Source: Asterias rubens
Lineage: Eukaryota
Assembly: GCF_902459465.1 (NCBI RefSeq)
Contig: NC_047067.1
Coordinates: 20,956,001 to 21,020,000, forward strand
Reading direction: 5' to 3'
DNA length: 64,000 bases
Positions 48,651 to 63,125 of the stretch are shown here, piece by piece. A program made the position numbers and the translations under genes. The notes beneath the pieces are model-generated. The model saw only the letters and a list, made by a program, of their open reading frames with translations, was not told the DNA's origin and made no database searches. Numbering within the stretch: the stretch's first letter is position 1; each line of letters starts with the position of its first letter.

Positions 48651-51057
48651 AAATCAAATAAAAAAGTTGAGATACATATACAGCACTTTTGAGTAAGTGG
48701 TTTACATTGTGTATCCTAATGTGGTTTAGCAAAGTTGTTATTCCTTCAGTCATGAACTTTTCCCAAGGGTACTGAAAAAGTACAACCCAAGGTACCCTAT
48801 ATTATGCAACAGCTGACTACCTTGTCTGCAAGGTTAAACAAGAAATAAATGGAACTACCATTTGACAAAATGTCTGTGTTCAATTGCTCAGGGATATTCT
48901 GAAATGCCCTGAATTCCAGAGACTTCAAAAACACCTGCATTCTTTACTATGTTGTGTATCGGTATATTAATCTGGATTACTGCCTTTGAATGCTTGTTTT
49001 TGTACAGTAAAATTAGCTTTTAACTCCGTTATAATTCTCAGCGAGACCAGGAAGTAGTGTACAGCCACCACTGATCGAAAACTGTCAAACAAACAAACAT
49101 AAACCACACAACAAATGCCAATAGTTGGACCCCAACAAATTCCTTAACAACAACAAAATGAAATAAAATTCAACAACCTAAATATTTACAAACAACATAG
49201 AATACCAGATGTATCAAATTTACATTTGCACCATTTGTTTAAGAACTTACTTGTTATTTTTCACCACTTTCATTGGACTCTGTCTTGCAAAATCAACGAA
49301 TCACAAATTCGAGCTCAACCTTTAACCCCCCCCCCCTTTCATTAAAACCTGTCAGTTTTAAAACTATACGTGTCTTGTGTACTTCAACTTACCATTACTC
49401 TATGAACTTATAGACCGTTATGATTAAATATGTATGACCGCTTGAGTAAAGAGTCAGAGAAATTTCCACATGCTGGCTGTATTTGAAGAAGGCCCCTCAA
49501 GTTTATCTTTATACAAATACGAAAGCTTAAGCTGGGACCATAAAGAGTATATTTATATAAACTACGGCTCTACAATAAACAAACAGGGGCCTACAGGCTT
49601 TGCCTTGTCTTGTACAGCGTTATTAATCTTTTAAGAAACATAACACTGGGGTGTGTGCAACATTGAAATATTTGTTTAAAAGGAATGATTATAATAAAAA
49701 AAACAATTTCATAAAAATAGTAGTATCGGAAACAGTATCTGAAAGCTATCCTACACTGAACATTTCTGCCAATTTGTATTTTGTGTGTTTGTTTTGTATT
49801 TTTTTTTGTGTTAGCTTAAATTTTTCCATTGCAGACTCTGCTCCGTTCTTTGGTCATGAAATACATCTGTGCATTATAGCAAATATAAACAAATCCAAAT
49901 GCACATTTATTATAAAATGGTAAGCCTCATAATTGTTGGCTTGATTAAATAGGAACGGAGCCTGCACCCTCGCTATGTTCCTCATCACTGCTTTTTAAAT
50001 GGTTTATAATAAATTAGGAGATTATTTTTCTATATTTATGGGATTTAGTCATATTCCTACTCTAATGATCATGCCTGTTTTTTAAAGAACAGTAATAATA
50101 AATAATAATAATAATAATAAGATTGTAATGCGCACGTATCTTCCCTGCTGGGTGTTCAAGGCGCAGAAGCCAAAAATAGGGGGGGGGGGGGTAACAATAA
50201 GTTCAAAACCTTTAGTTTTCAATTAACAAAACAAACCATGAAATAATACTTGGTGGTCACGTTACAGCAAAATCAAACAACTGAAATACTGAGGATTTTA
50301 CCCTTTAACAATCCTGTGTTTTGTCTCAAAAAAATAACAACACTAATAATGAAAAAATTGATCAGGATATAATGTAATTGCTTAATTTTTTTCCGAACAT
50401 AGTTTAGGTTTGAAGACACGATATGCATACATCAAAGAGAAATAAAATTATTCAAATTATTATAATATGTCACAATGCTGGTAGTAATCACAATGAACTT
50501 TTTGATATAACCGAAACTGTCAAAACTGAAATGCTTATGACATACCTAAACAACAAAATAAACAAAATAACAGGCTCAGCTAATTTATGCCCACATGGAC
50601 TGCTAAATTAATAAACAATACTTTCCTTTGGTCTGTCCTTGGCTTCAATATGTATTTCCAAACACATAAACAAGCAGCCATTACAACAAATGAGAGCAAC
50701 AATTGGCCTGTCATAGTAGCAGAAAGCAGAGATATATTTCTCTATAATTACATTATTTAGGAAGGACGGTACAGCTGCTATTGTATGCTCAAAACATGTT
50801 GAATTGAAAGCAAGAGAGAGAAGAAAAGAGGCGGGTTACAAAAAAATCCCTGCAGATTGTACACAAACGATCATACAGACCTTGCATTTGATATCAAGGC
50901 AGATGACTACAAATTCATAATCTACACTCATGAATTGTAAACTATCATGGAAGACCTACAATCCTCCTAAATAACAGAGGCCCTGCAACATCATCATCAA
51001 CAACAACAACAACATCATCAACATCAACAACAAGAGAGAAACAAGAAGATGCCATAC

Positions 51058-51130
51058 CTTTTTTGCCAAGGATTCTTCTGAAGGAACGCCTCAGCCTCGT
51101 GCCCCGATTGTTATTAATATTTCCTTCCAT
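51058..51130 (-). CDS. KALRN/TRIO: Candidate alternative first coding exon (MEGNINNNRGTRLRRSFRRILGKK)
   Basis: aacATGG strong Kozak context, AG|gtatgg donor, phase 1 matching the 47990/32361 acceptors; CpG-rich surroundings. Confidence 0.6.
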
Positions 51131-52074
51131 GTTTTCCTCGGAAAAGCTGGGCGGTATAAAACTAGAGCTTCGTGTCCATATATTACGAGGTGACGATCGG
51201 CGGGGACAAAAAAACAGAGAGTAGGTTTCCTACCCTGTTTTGTCTTTATTATATTGCTACTACTACTACTAGATAGGTAGTTCCCTGTGAGGATATGCTA
51301 ACTGCACTGTGCGATGAGCAGTGCACACTATGTTGCTGGATAGACTGAGAGCTAGCAAGCTCGCTACCATGTACATGTTTATGCTCTCATTATAATGCCA
51401 ACATCTGTCCTCAGTTTTTTTTCTTGACTATGTGGCTGTTCTAGTTGCGGGGATTACTCCCTCTGCACAGGGCTGCATCATGATCATGTGTGTTATTGGA
51501 TGATGATGATGATGATGATAACGATGGGAGAGTAGGGTATCACCAAATGCATATGTGGTTTTTTTTTTTTTCAGGTATGATTTCAAACAATAGTTATTGA
51601 TCAGTACCAAATGGATAATCAATTAAGAGTTGTGCGAAAATTTGATGGTCTTTTGTGAGTGGTTAAATAGGATGCATGGGATTGAATCTTTGTACATCAG
51701 GTATATGAAATATTGATTCATTGATTGATCAGCAGATCATTTTACAACGCTTATAGGTAGAATTAACACTCTTGGGGAAATAATCCAACTGGAATGACTA
51801 AATTTCTTGAAGCTAAAATATTGTTTACAATTGCATGGATTTGGTCTTTGAGTATTTCCCCATTGCAATACTTTTACTTGTGACTTCAAGAATCCATCTG
51901 GTTCCGTTACAACACATTGTTCTAACGCAAACCTGTGGAATTTAGCTCAAAGCACACAATTAAGTTAAGCAGTATTTTGCAGGCCTAAAATTACACAGAG
52001 GCTATGGAGGTCAGACCACTGTTGCCCTTTGTAAAATAAAAATGGCCCTGCCCTTTCAAAGATGAAAATCCAGG

Positions 52075-52225
52075 CCTAGTTTATGGTTTCATTCCCTGCC
52101 TTTCTCCCTATGGGCCCTGGTTCGAGTCCTGCCTCGGACAGGAACTTTGCATATGGATTAGGTTTTTGCACTGTGACTCCCAGCCTGATTGCGTGGGTTT
52201 CCCCCTGTTTTCCTCTGAGATTCCT
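52075..52225 (+). mobile_element. SINE remnant with V-domain-like core
   Basis: B box ggttcgagtcc; gcgtgggttt...ttcctcccac resembles the V-SINE domain. Confidence 0.55.
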
Positions 52226-55200
52226 CCCACATCTTAAAAAAAAAGAAAAATCCCCTGACATTTCTTTATCATCATGCTAGTTTCTTTAGGCCTACAGGTT
52301 TCAGCGCAAGACACTTATGCAGTTCCCTTGGTTTCACTTCAAGAAAGATAAATAATTAAAATCAAGCAAGACTAGGGTGTCAATTCTTGAGGCAGATAAT
52401 TGTGAGAGCTGTTGTGGATGGTTTATCAAAGGAAAAAAAGTAAACCAATGAATCACATAACAAAAAATTAACCCTTGGAATTCCATGAAATACAAAGAAG
52501 CCAGATTGTCGTTCAAATATGTTATCTAACTGTGATTTAATGTGTCAGTTTAAAGTGAAATATAAAATATGTGGCGAACACAGCTAATACCCCAACAATT
52601 TATTTATTTTCAGAGTGACAACTCTGTGGCGCTTTCATTTTTTACAGACAAAAAAGATTGATGTTTAGAGAAGTAGATTCCAGACTTTTAATTAGATTTA
52701 GTCATCACTTCAACGCCAGACTGAACACATAAAACAGAAGTGGCAAATAATTCTAGATATAAATACATAAATAAAAAGGGTCATATCAAGTAGGTCATAT
52801 TTTGGAGTGCCACGTTTGATTACGATTCTCTCAAACTAAAAGCCTGTTTAATTGCTTAGGACTTCGTCTTTGCACATGCCCGCACCCAAGTCGCATCCTA
52901 GTATGGCCAGCGTCGTTTACGAGCCACAAACATTAAGTGGAAGGATGAATTGCTTGAGTGAGTCATTTAGGGCAATGCTAATGATCCCTCAAGTGGGCTC
53001 ATAAGCTGATCAGGTGAGTTTAAGATGAGAAGCATGGTGGGCTAGACCATGGAGGTAGGAAGAAATTAGACAGTGGGAATGAGACTATGATGTATGAGGG
53101 TGGGTCAGATGTTGAGGGTCAAAGAGGACAAAAGGAATTTCAGAATATCTCCCCCCCCAAAAAAAAAATATAGGCCTACATATAAATAAAAAAATGAATA
53201 CAAAATCAATCCGAGTGTGAAATTGATAAGAAACTATAACTGTGTCCTAGTATCTTCAAATTGTGTAAGTTTTGCATTTGTAAGAAATATAACCCAAAAG
53301 CAGAGTAGCTATACTGACCTATATGTACTAGGACAAAACATTTGTTGACAATAAGTATAAGCTTTTACATATACTTAAGTATTTCATTGTATGGCTGTTT
53401 CATTCAAACTAATTTTAATTTCTTCATACCACATTCAAATCTATGTCCTTCATAAAAAAAAAAAACTGATATGTTTAGTTTGATTATTTGATAAACTTTT
53501 CTATGACTTTGTTTTGTTTTTGTTGTTTCGACTGTCATTTTTCCAAAGATGAAAACATCATCTCAAGCAGCCACACCTTCTTTATACAATGGTCTACTTT
53601 TTCCTTATGTGACTTCCCTTCTTGACAATCCCAGTCATTTTTTACTCAAAATAAGATCAGTTTAAGCAGATATACTTATCAAGATGACTGGTTCTTGGAT
53701 AAACATGACACCAATAAATCTCTCAAAAAACTATCTGATAATTCAGATTTCTGTTAGTTGTATGTTATGGTACACTAACTGCTTTTACCCGACAGACATG
53801 TGACAAAATATGAGCCTGCCAATTATTAATATCATCAGGTGTGATTCATCCAGACCTATTATAATAATAGGAAAAACACCTGTATTAGAGGAGGATCTCC
53901 GATTACCCAATCACATGATTTTCAGCATTCTTGGAAAAAGCAGTAAAAGACCTCCGGAGCAAATGACGAATAATCCAATACAAATTACTGCGTCTTTATT
54001 AGGAGGATCTTGTTTATTTTGGACTTACTGAGTAAAACTAGAGGATACTTTAGATTGGAGTGTAGGGATGAACTATGCCAGGAGAACATGCTGGGAAAAT
54101 GTGTTTCCGCTGAAATCACACAGGACCCAATAATATAAGGGGTTATTTCTTTAAAAATATGATGATTATTTTTATAAAACTGGAAGACAATAATTTCAAT
54201 TAAAAAAACATGTGATTAAAAACAAGTGAAATCAACATGAGCGTCAGAAAAATTAACTTTGAAGAATTGCACTACAATTCAACAAATTGCATCATAAATG
54301 GGATTCCTTTCACATTCAAACTATATGGTATTTGAAAAAAACAAAAACCCATCAATATTTTATGAAGTCTCGAAGCAGATATTTCATTCCAACTGTTTCT
54401 AAAGCGAGGGTAAAGGCATCCAATAGTCTTATATAGCATACAAGACAGCAGAAGAATAACTTATAAATAGTTATTAAATATGAACTATCTACAGTGTTTG
54501 TCAATATTGATAAACATGCAGATAACAGGGAAGGACTGGCTGAGGTTAAGTAATTGATTTAAAGGGTTTCTTTGCTTATAAAAGTAGATGGATCAAGTTC
54601 CTTCTTAATTAAAGGGAAGTGTAATATAAATTTGCAGTTGGAGTAATTTAGAGCGGGATCGGCCACAGCATCCACTATATATTTACCTTATATGGAAATA
54701 CTTGCAGAGGGCAGGTTAGAGTTTTAAAAACAATTACGACATTGATATTGACCTTAGACTGATTGGGTTTTAGAGTTGTTAAAATTAAAATATTATCTTC
54801 AATATGAACTCTGGCATTATGCAGAAAATACTCATACCGCTACCAACAATAAACATTTGCATCAGGACAATTGCTAAAGTTGAGAAAATGGCATCTGAAG
54901 ATGCTAAAATTGTGATTACTTATTTTGAGTACTGCAACCAAAGTAAGCAAGTTTAAAACATGCACAAAAAAACTCTGACAAAACATGAATAATTTCTCTT
55001 AACCCAGGACCATTTTAACAAATGACATTTCCTTGATGACATTTTCCCAAAATGGGTGTAAGCTTTTTTTTTTTGGAAACTAGTCTGTAGAAATAAAAAA
55101 AATGAGTATAGTTACCAACAAACCAATTATGTCATATTTTGAGGATCAAGGGAGAGAAATTAGAAAACCCTCAGGGCAAGATCGTTCCAAATGATATTCA

Positions 55201-56405
55201 ATTCTATCTCTGTATACAATCGACCACAGTAATTGGATCAAGGTATGTTGTTTTTAGTGGGTGTCAACCAAAAACAGCCATGGGATCAGGAAATATTTAG
55301 AATCCCACAAAATTGAATTAATTGTGGGCATTTCAGAATATTTCTTTAAGTCAGTACACAAACGCAGCAATTACATTAGGAGAGTTTGAAACTTTCAAAC
55401 CAGGGCATGATATTTGGTCCTTTGAAAAAAAGTAGGACAATTTGTTCAAGTATAAGAACTGACCTACATATGGCTAGTTAATCACAATTTTTCAAAATTA
55501 GAAACAGACTAAAGTAGAAAGAACATCATGCCTGAAGAAATGTTGCCTCTTGCTTAAAATATTCCAGATGTACACACAAAACAAGTACATGCCCAGTTAC
55601 AAAATCTTGCATATGACAAATATTTGGAAACCATCCACCCACATTAAGGTAAGACAATGCCAAGTACAACCCTGATGATGAGGCTGTGTTACAGTGACAT
55701 CATGCCTCTTTATCACTCTGAGGTACACTGCCCTCAGTTAGCCTCTCATCTCATCAATCACTACCATAATTAAAACCTGTCATAATCTCCTCATATTGGT
55801 CAATCTTACTCTTAGAACCAATGAACTAGGACAAGGTTCAACACTGGTCAAGCTGAAACTCAAATGGAAAACACTTATAATTGATGAAGTTGTAGAAATT
55901 CAGTAACTATAGAAAATATACACTTCAGGCTTAGTCTTTTAAACGAGGGAAATCGTGTTCAGCCAAATTGTGTTTTTTTATAGCAAAGCTTGGCTTCTGT
56001 TTTGAAACTTCCTCAGAGGTTTCATAATGAGGTTTAAAATTAGGTTTGGGGGAAAGGAAACGTTTCCACTGATTAACAATTATAATTCAAAACTATTTAT
56101 GGACAGAGAAAAAAATCTTGAATGCATCTTAAAGGTAGGGTTTACATTTGCTTAGTACTCCAACAAAGTAATGACCATAAACGCACTGCAGCTGTTGACA
56201 ATGTGCTACATTTTGAGAAATGTGGATTTGGACTGTGGATTTAGAGAAAGGGACTTCTGCTTTAAATTGTTTTACCACATCCAATACAAAAGCTGTGATT
56301 TTTCCCGCCATGAGTTTCACTTTAACAGTCTTTCTCAATTACGTTGACATAATGTGCTGAGCTACGACTCAACATGCCTGAAGACCTTACGGAGCGTATA
56401 ACATG

Positions 56406-56463
56406 GTTCCTTGGGCAACGCCAAGTTGTATAAATTCATGACCGAATTGGTTTCTATGGCAAT
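56406..56463. promoter_or_regulatory. Pair of RFX X-box-like motifs
   Basis: GTTCCTTGGGCAAC (56406-56419) and GTTTCTATGGCAAT (56450-56463). Confidence 0.35.
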
Positions 56464-59400
56464 GTCGGCAAGTGAATTCAGGTGGGTTGACGCGTTAGGA
56501 AGATATTTATGGCGACAGTTTATGCGTACATGTTGTTGCATGATTTAAATTAATGCCTTTTATAACGGCCCCTATCAAACATTTGTCTTTCAAGAGCTAC
56601 TTTTGTAATGAACAAGCAACACCCATTTTATTTTTATTTTGTTGCGTCAGGAATAAAAAATTAATCTTTTATTCAGTTTTGATTGTTTTGTTCAATATTC
56701 AATCTACCAAACTACAAAACAAAAAAATTCATTACACCAAAGAGTTCAAGACTTTTTGTGAAATATCATCAATTTAACTGGTGTTGTAAACTTTGTTTTA
56801 CTACAGCTAAATCCATTTGTAATATGTGTTTGTGTCCAATTGTTTAAATTATAATATCATATACTCTAAACATATCTTCTTATTTAATTTGTTTTCAATT
56901 TACAATGCAGAGACAAAGTTAATTGATGTGAACAATTCCGTGACAACACACTAACACTCCAACTTGAGACAAATGAACCATTTCTTCTAAATCAGAACAC
57001 TGTAATGATCACGAGATTCATGACATTGAACAATCATTCAACATGTCTTCCGTTGACTTGTACAAGAACTACCTACACCAAACGTACAGGGCCCCTTGAG
57101 TTTGCGAATACATTATATGAAATCCAGCACAAGGAACTGAAAGGGGCAGCAGTGTTGTGGCACACACACGCTCAAGCGCTCCTTGCTTAATTCAAATTTA
57201 TTCAGGGCCGGGCCGGTAGTCTAGTCTAGGTACAGACGCTAACGTATTCAGGCTCCAGTTTGCAACACTCGGCTGTTTACTGACTATGTGGTAATGCCAA
57301 CCATAGGCTGGTTTGCATTCAATTGAGTAATTTTGCCGTCTTTGCGTATTACATTCTGATCACCCCCCCCCCCCCAAGACCTAATTTGCTACGTAATACT
57401 GGATTCCAAATAGGTATAAGAATGAACTGAGGATTTTCAAGATTTCACCAAAAGAATGATTTATCCTTCAAGCAACTGAAAAGTAGGTTTAATTATATTG
57501 ATAACTACTAAGGAATAACCGATAACCAGGCAGACCGCTTACAAGTACTTTCAAAGTAAATAAAAAGCACTTAAAAATAATCATAAACTTTGTGCCTTTT
57601 CCTTCTCCCACTGTTTGTTTTATGAAACTTCTGAAACTTTAACCTTACAGTCAAGTTCCACATTTACAATTTCCTTTCATGTCATCCTACTGAATCAATT
57701 TAAAAGACCAAATATTGCAGAGAAATACAGCTGCAAACACCATAATCTCCCACACCAAGTAAAAAGGAGAGAAAATGTGAGGTCTTATAAACTACTTCCC
57801 CACCAAGGCAAAATAGGACTGGCTTTTAGGCTACTGGACCACTTGGAGAGTTGATATGGTTATATTTATAGCCCAATTTTCTCCAGGATACCATTCCATC
57901 TGCAATAACGCAGCAGGGATCCCCTAAGCAGCAATCCTTGCATGCTGCGGAGGAGGAGGAGGCAGGATTGAATATTTAATGAGCCGAGGAGGAGGTAGCC
58001 TGGGAACGGCTGAAGGAGCCATCATTGCTTCATCTGATTAGCTGGCATGAGGACTACAAGGAGAAGTGGATTGGACAAGACATCTCAAAGATGCGACCCC
58101 CTTAATCACCCAAACTCCCTCCTCCCCTCACACCAACAACCCATTCTCATCTAGATCCTTAATTAACAAATCATCTTAAGATATATAAAGTGACAACCAA
58201 CCTCCTCCTCCCTATACATCCCTATCATATCATGAATATACCGCATTAATAGTGTAGCCTTCTTTCTACCCCTAAAAGAAATGCAAGCAACCAAAAAAAG
58301 ATCGAATCACAACAAAGTCTCATCCCTTTTTGTGAGAAGGAAAATCAATGCATTCCATTGCAATAGATATTCTCTCCATTGAAGACAGTAAATAAAAAAA
58401 AGCCATGATAAGACTCTCAATTCTGTAAGTAAAAGACCTTCATGACAAAGTACAAGATTGATTTATCATTCCTGTTCGTAATTGTGACGTAATTCCAGTG
58501 TAAGCCACACCCACTTCATACAAACTGGCTTCACAAATTACCAGAAGCCTACAGGAAATGCAATGAGCTAATATTTCTTCTGAGAATTAAACATTTCTGT
58601 CATTAGAAATGCCTTTTGGAAAGATGAATCAGGTAATTTTTGGTGGAAGGAAGTGGTGAAACCACCAGAAACACATAAATGTGATGCAACGACTAACATA
58701 GAAACAGCACAGAAAAAGGCCCAATTAGTTTCATGAAACTCTTTGATTGTAAAAATTTTACCAGTATCCTACAAAGAAATCCATCTGACACGCATTCAAA
58801 AATCACTATTCTTATTCTGATTGCCGCAACCCAAATAAGACTGAAATGATGGTGGAAAGAATCCCGTACAAAACATAGGTTGTTTTTCATCCATTTCACT
58901 TAGACATGACTAACAAGTTTGATGACTTTTCACAGGTTGATTGAATAGTGATTTTGAATGATAAATGAAGGGGTTTATAAGGGTAATACTCGGTCTTCCA
59001 AGAAACAATGATGCACTTTCCCCCACGCCCCCATTCCCAATAAATGTCTCCTCCATTATCTCACTCAACAAATAGAACATTACAGCTATCTCATAATCTT
59101 TACCCAATACCTCTTCTGTCTCTAATTGCCTTGTAAAGAATCAGACACAAGGACATACAACATCCCTTTCTTCCAAAATTACTTCAGACCCTGAAGATGT
59201 TTATCAACAATTGGAAACAGGGCGCCCAAATTTGGAGGAAATGAGAACAGGTTGTTCAAATTAAATACAACACGTTCAAAAGACACCCACACATGATGCT
59301 CAAACTAGAAAACTTAAACCATGCCTATCCAACCAAAACATAAAATGGCTAGTGTAAAATAAGTGTGGATCAAGAACTGAGTAAGTTTAAGTGACAACCA

Positions 59401-60607
59401 TGTGAATCATCAAATGGGTAGGTTTACTTGCTACAAACATGTGACCGCCATTTCTCTATCCATGTGTCACCCAAAATCCAACATCTCTACCCTCCAACCA
59501 AAACATGCTAGAAATTCATTCCTGCAATACGGTCTGACAAGCTCTGGACAGAGCAATGGGACAAAACCTCCCCCAATCCACATCTCCCTCCACGCTCATT
59601 CCCTTTTAAAGAAGACTAAAATTATCAGGATTTAATTTTGTTGTAAAATATCCAATCTACCCCGTGCCTCACTCTACCTGTCATGCACCACAAGCCTCCG
59701 ATAGTTCCCCTCATTTATCCCCACCCCACTTGTTCCAAAATGGCAAGCTCTTCTTCTATCTTCCTCTCGTCATTACTACCCGCTCTCCCCTCCCTCCAAC
59801 AAGCATTTAATCAGTGACAAGTATCTCCCCCATCCAGTGTATTACCCTATCTATGCCTCCCCCCACCCCTGGAGTATGTACATCCCAGATGAGCAAGCAC
59901 GCAGAGCCCAAAAGTAGACCCCCGCCGGTGAGGTCAGCGAGTGACATTCAAGGCTGGCGATGCTTTGCAGATGACAAGACAAGCTTATAAAAGGTCACTG
60001 AATAAAATAATCAGAATAACGAACGAACGTTAGAGAGAAGGAGAGAGCAGAGCTGAGGGAGAGGTGTGTCATTTCACTTCTTTCAGCTTCTTTGCATAAA
60101 TGCCAAGTTGGCGCCAATAGAGGGGGCTATGCAGTCTTCACAAGGTAACATCTTGAAATATTCCTAGACTAAGGTCAAATCTGAATTGGTGGCTGCGGCT
60201 GTTGCTAATTGCTATCGGTATCCAATGCTTTAATGCATGTCACCATGGCGATTAAGCCATAGCCGTGCCTTCTATCTTGGACATGGCCTGAGACTATTGT
60301 GCATGTATCTGATTTACAGAAAACTAGCAGCTTTCAAACTTTCTAATCAGTTCAATTTCAATAACTCACAAATTTACAACACGCAAGATCTTTTTAAGCT
60401 CGATGAAATAAATCAAAGTCACAAAATGAGTTTCACTTTACAATCATGTTGTTCTGCTACTCCACAAAAACAAAAAGCCAGATGAAACGAGCCGACCAAA
60501 TGACAGCTTAGTCAACAATAAAACAAAAATTAAATTAATAATTAAAAAGGGACGGTACACATTATTTTTCAACTCGTACATTTTCAACAAGTATAGCATA
60601 AAGAGAT

Positions 60608-60792
60608 GTTTAGAAGAGTACATTCATTCCAATCTTTTAGTTATCAAGACACATATCATAGAGGGGTGGTGCATCATTAGAAGAGTACATTCATTCCAAC
60701 AAGTTCATTTTCATTAAGTATAGCAAAAGAGGAGTTATAGAAGATACCTCTAGTTATCAAAAACCACATCATAAAGAGATGGTGCATCATTC
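60608..60792. repeat. Imperfect local duplication
   Basis: ttagaagagtacattcattccaa and tagttatcaa...ggtgcatcatt each occur twice. Confidence 0.7.
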
Positions 60793-63055
60793 GAATCTGG
60801 AAGACACCATTCAAACTAACAAAAAAATTCAAGTATGGAAGAAAAAATACCCAAAATGTGAACAATCATCTATACTATTAATAAATCCACAGTCCTCAGA
60901 TAAAAACATGGCACGCACACTCGTCATATTTCCCAGCTGTCTTTCACACAGTCATGCACACTCCATTGTGTGGCATAGCTTGCGTGATCGCAGTCCATTA
61001 TTTGTTTAATGATTTAAAGTTGCCGGTTTAAACAAAACACCTGCGAAAACAAATCCTGAACAGTTAACCAATTGTATTTTGGGTGGTGTTCAGTTGCATA
61101 ACAATCATTAAGAAAGACTAAGGGTGAAATTTGTAGTTGTCTCAGGATTATTTGTATCATTCTTCAATATCTGAACGCGCCGTCCCCCTTTAATGCATTG
61201 ATTACCAACAAGCAGGTAGTTTTGATGGGGACCAGCATTTTCTATTTGACCTGAATTTATGAATACCCATAGTCCACATGGTTGAAAAATTCATACTTTG
61301 TCAAAAGAAATGTGTGTGTTTTGGTGGTGGGGGGGGGGGGGCTTGGATATATTCCTTCTGCCAGACTATAAATTATTCTTGACAATGAAAATGGCTCATT
61401 ATACAAGAACTGGGATGCATTTTTACTTGAGCCAAAGGGTAATTTGCATAACTGCAAAATCATAAAAAGTCCATATTGAAATCTTATTTACTGTGGAGTC
61501 AAACAAAAAAGCTGCAAAACCAATCTTGTGTCATGTCTGAATGGTAACATTCCATGAGCTAGAATTGTGGTGAAGTGCTTTAAAAAAAACTGCTTAAAAA
61601 TGTGATTTGTTGTAGAAATACAACAAGCTTCAAGAAACTTGTTTTTGTTCCTTAAGTCAATGAAAATTTAAAAAGCAATTTGTCAAAGAACCTTAGACCA
61701 TACCACAACTACCTCAAATTATTGCAACCATTCAGTGTAATGTTCAGGACTAAATTCCACCATTCTGAACTGATTAAAGACAAAAACCTTGAAGGCAAAT
61801 TTTTTAACTTGGTAATTTATTTCTCATGAGTCCAAGGAATCTTAAAATCAGCCAGCAATGAAAGAAAGAGAGGAGAGTACAGCTAAACACACACCCGACC
61901 ATATAGACAGAAAGGAAGTAAATCGCCCACGGCAAAGTGATGAGACAAAACATTACCCACCCCATTTCACTCTCAGCTTCCGACACCCAAAACACATTTC
62001 TGTATTTGCTGTGGCCCAGAAGTCCCTGAGAACTGCCGGAAGGAATTTCACATAATCGTGTTGAGAGATGAATTCTGAGCTTTTTTTATTCCTCTTTTTA
62101 TACACCCTGTTCTTCTCCGTTGTGGAGAGATCTTCTCAGTGTCTCGCCTCTTGTTCGCCTTCCATTTATATATTTCACTATTTAACATAGAGCCCACTTG
62201 TGCTATTCAGGCTCCAGAACAAAAAAGGTTTTATTACCAGGGCAGTAGCTTGCAGAAAAAAGAAGAGGAGAAAAGAAAAAATATGAGGCATTTAAACTAG
62301 AACCTATAAGGAACCCGCCAGTGCTGAGAAGTGTGGGGGATTGTTTTCACTTCCGCTCTTGAAATTGAAAAAGACGCAAAACCTCTGTGAATGTCCCCGG
62401 GCCCCAGATATTTTTCTTTCTGCTGGAACCTTTGCCAGTCATGAGCGAAGTAAAAGGGTGATGAATGTGGATGCAGGGAAATAATATAAAAAAAACAGGG
62501 GGAAATAAATACTTGGGGTCTTAGAGGGGGAAGAGCGGGGGGGGAAGAGACACGAATTGACCTAGAGGTTGAAGTTGGGTCAAGTCTTGATTATTCCGAC
62601 CTCTATTGAAAAAAAGCAGTTAGGTAACTATTATGAAATCACAAAAAAAAATTCCAAAATCAGGCTCTGGAGAATGACCCAGATCAATGAAATCCCCAAA
62701 TCAAGGGAAAAAAACCAACAGCTCACACGTCTGGCTGCCAAATAACTACAATCATATAACAACTAATCATCTCTGTGCTTGAGAAGACTTCTGTTTAAAG
62801 AACCCACTCCAACGAGAAGAAGAAAACTACTTCACAAATCCTGCCAATATAATTACACCTTGACAAAGCTTACTTTAATTAGACACAGTGCTGGTTTCTG
62901 CTTCAAGATTTCCCCCAATCTCCACACCATGATAGGTCGGTAATCCTACAACAGTTTAACAGACATGTTGTTCCAAGGCCCCCCACCCCCCCCCCCCCCC
63001 CCCCCCGATTAATGGTTCAGACAATATTTACTCCATCTCTGCAAATAGAACTTAC

Positions 63056-63125
63056 GCAGGTTAAGTGATGAGCAGCCCCGGCAACCGGCACTTCTCTGAA
63101 ATTGCCTTTGCGAAAAAGAAGACAT
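63056..63125 (-). CDS. Candidate first or internal exon with perfect GTAAGT donor (phase-1 frame MSSFSQRQFQRSAGCRGCSSLNL)
   Basis: C|gtaagt donor, CpG-rich context; frame and start ambiguous. Confidence 0.3.

Larger units (their letters stand above)
1..51130 (-). other. KALRN/TRIO: Trio/Kalirin-family multidomain RhoGEF gene, 3' half (linker-DH2-PH2-S/P-rich-SH3-Ig-FN3); continues beyond the left edge and probably the right edge
   Basis: 22 GT-AG exons splice with consistent phases (one 1-nt indel). Diagnostic peptides: [83 protein letters not shown]. Confidence 0.97.

Noticed and set aside
49251-49273. First exon MKVVKNNK with GTAAGT donor
   Set aside because: Weak Kozak context, and phase 2 would require skipping the 32361 exon.
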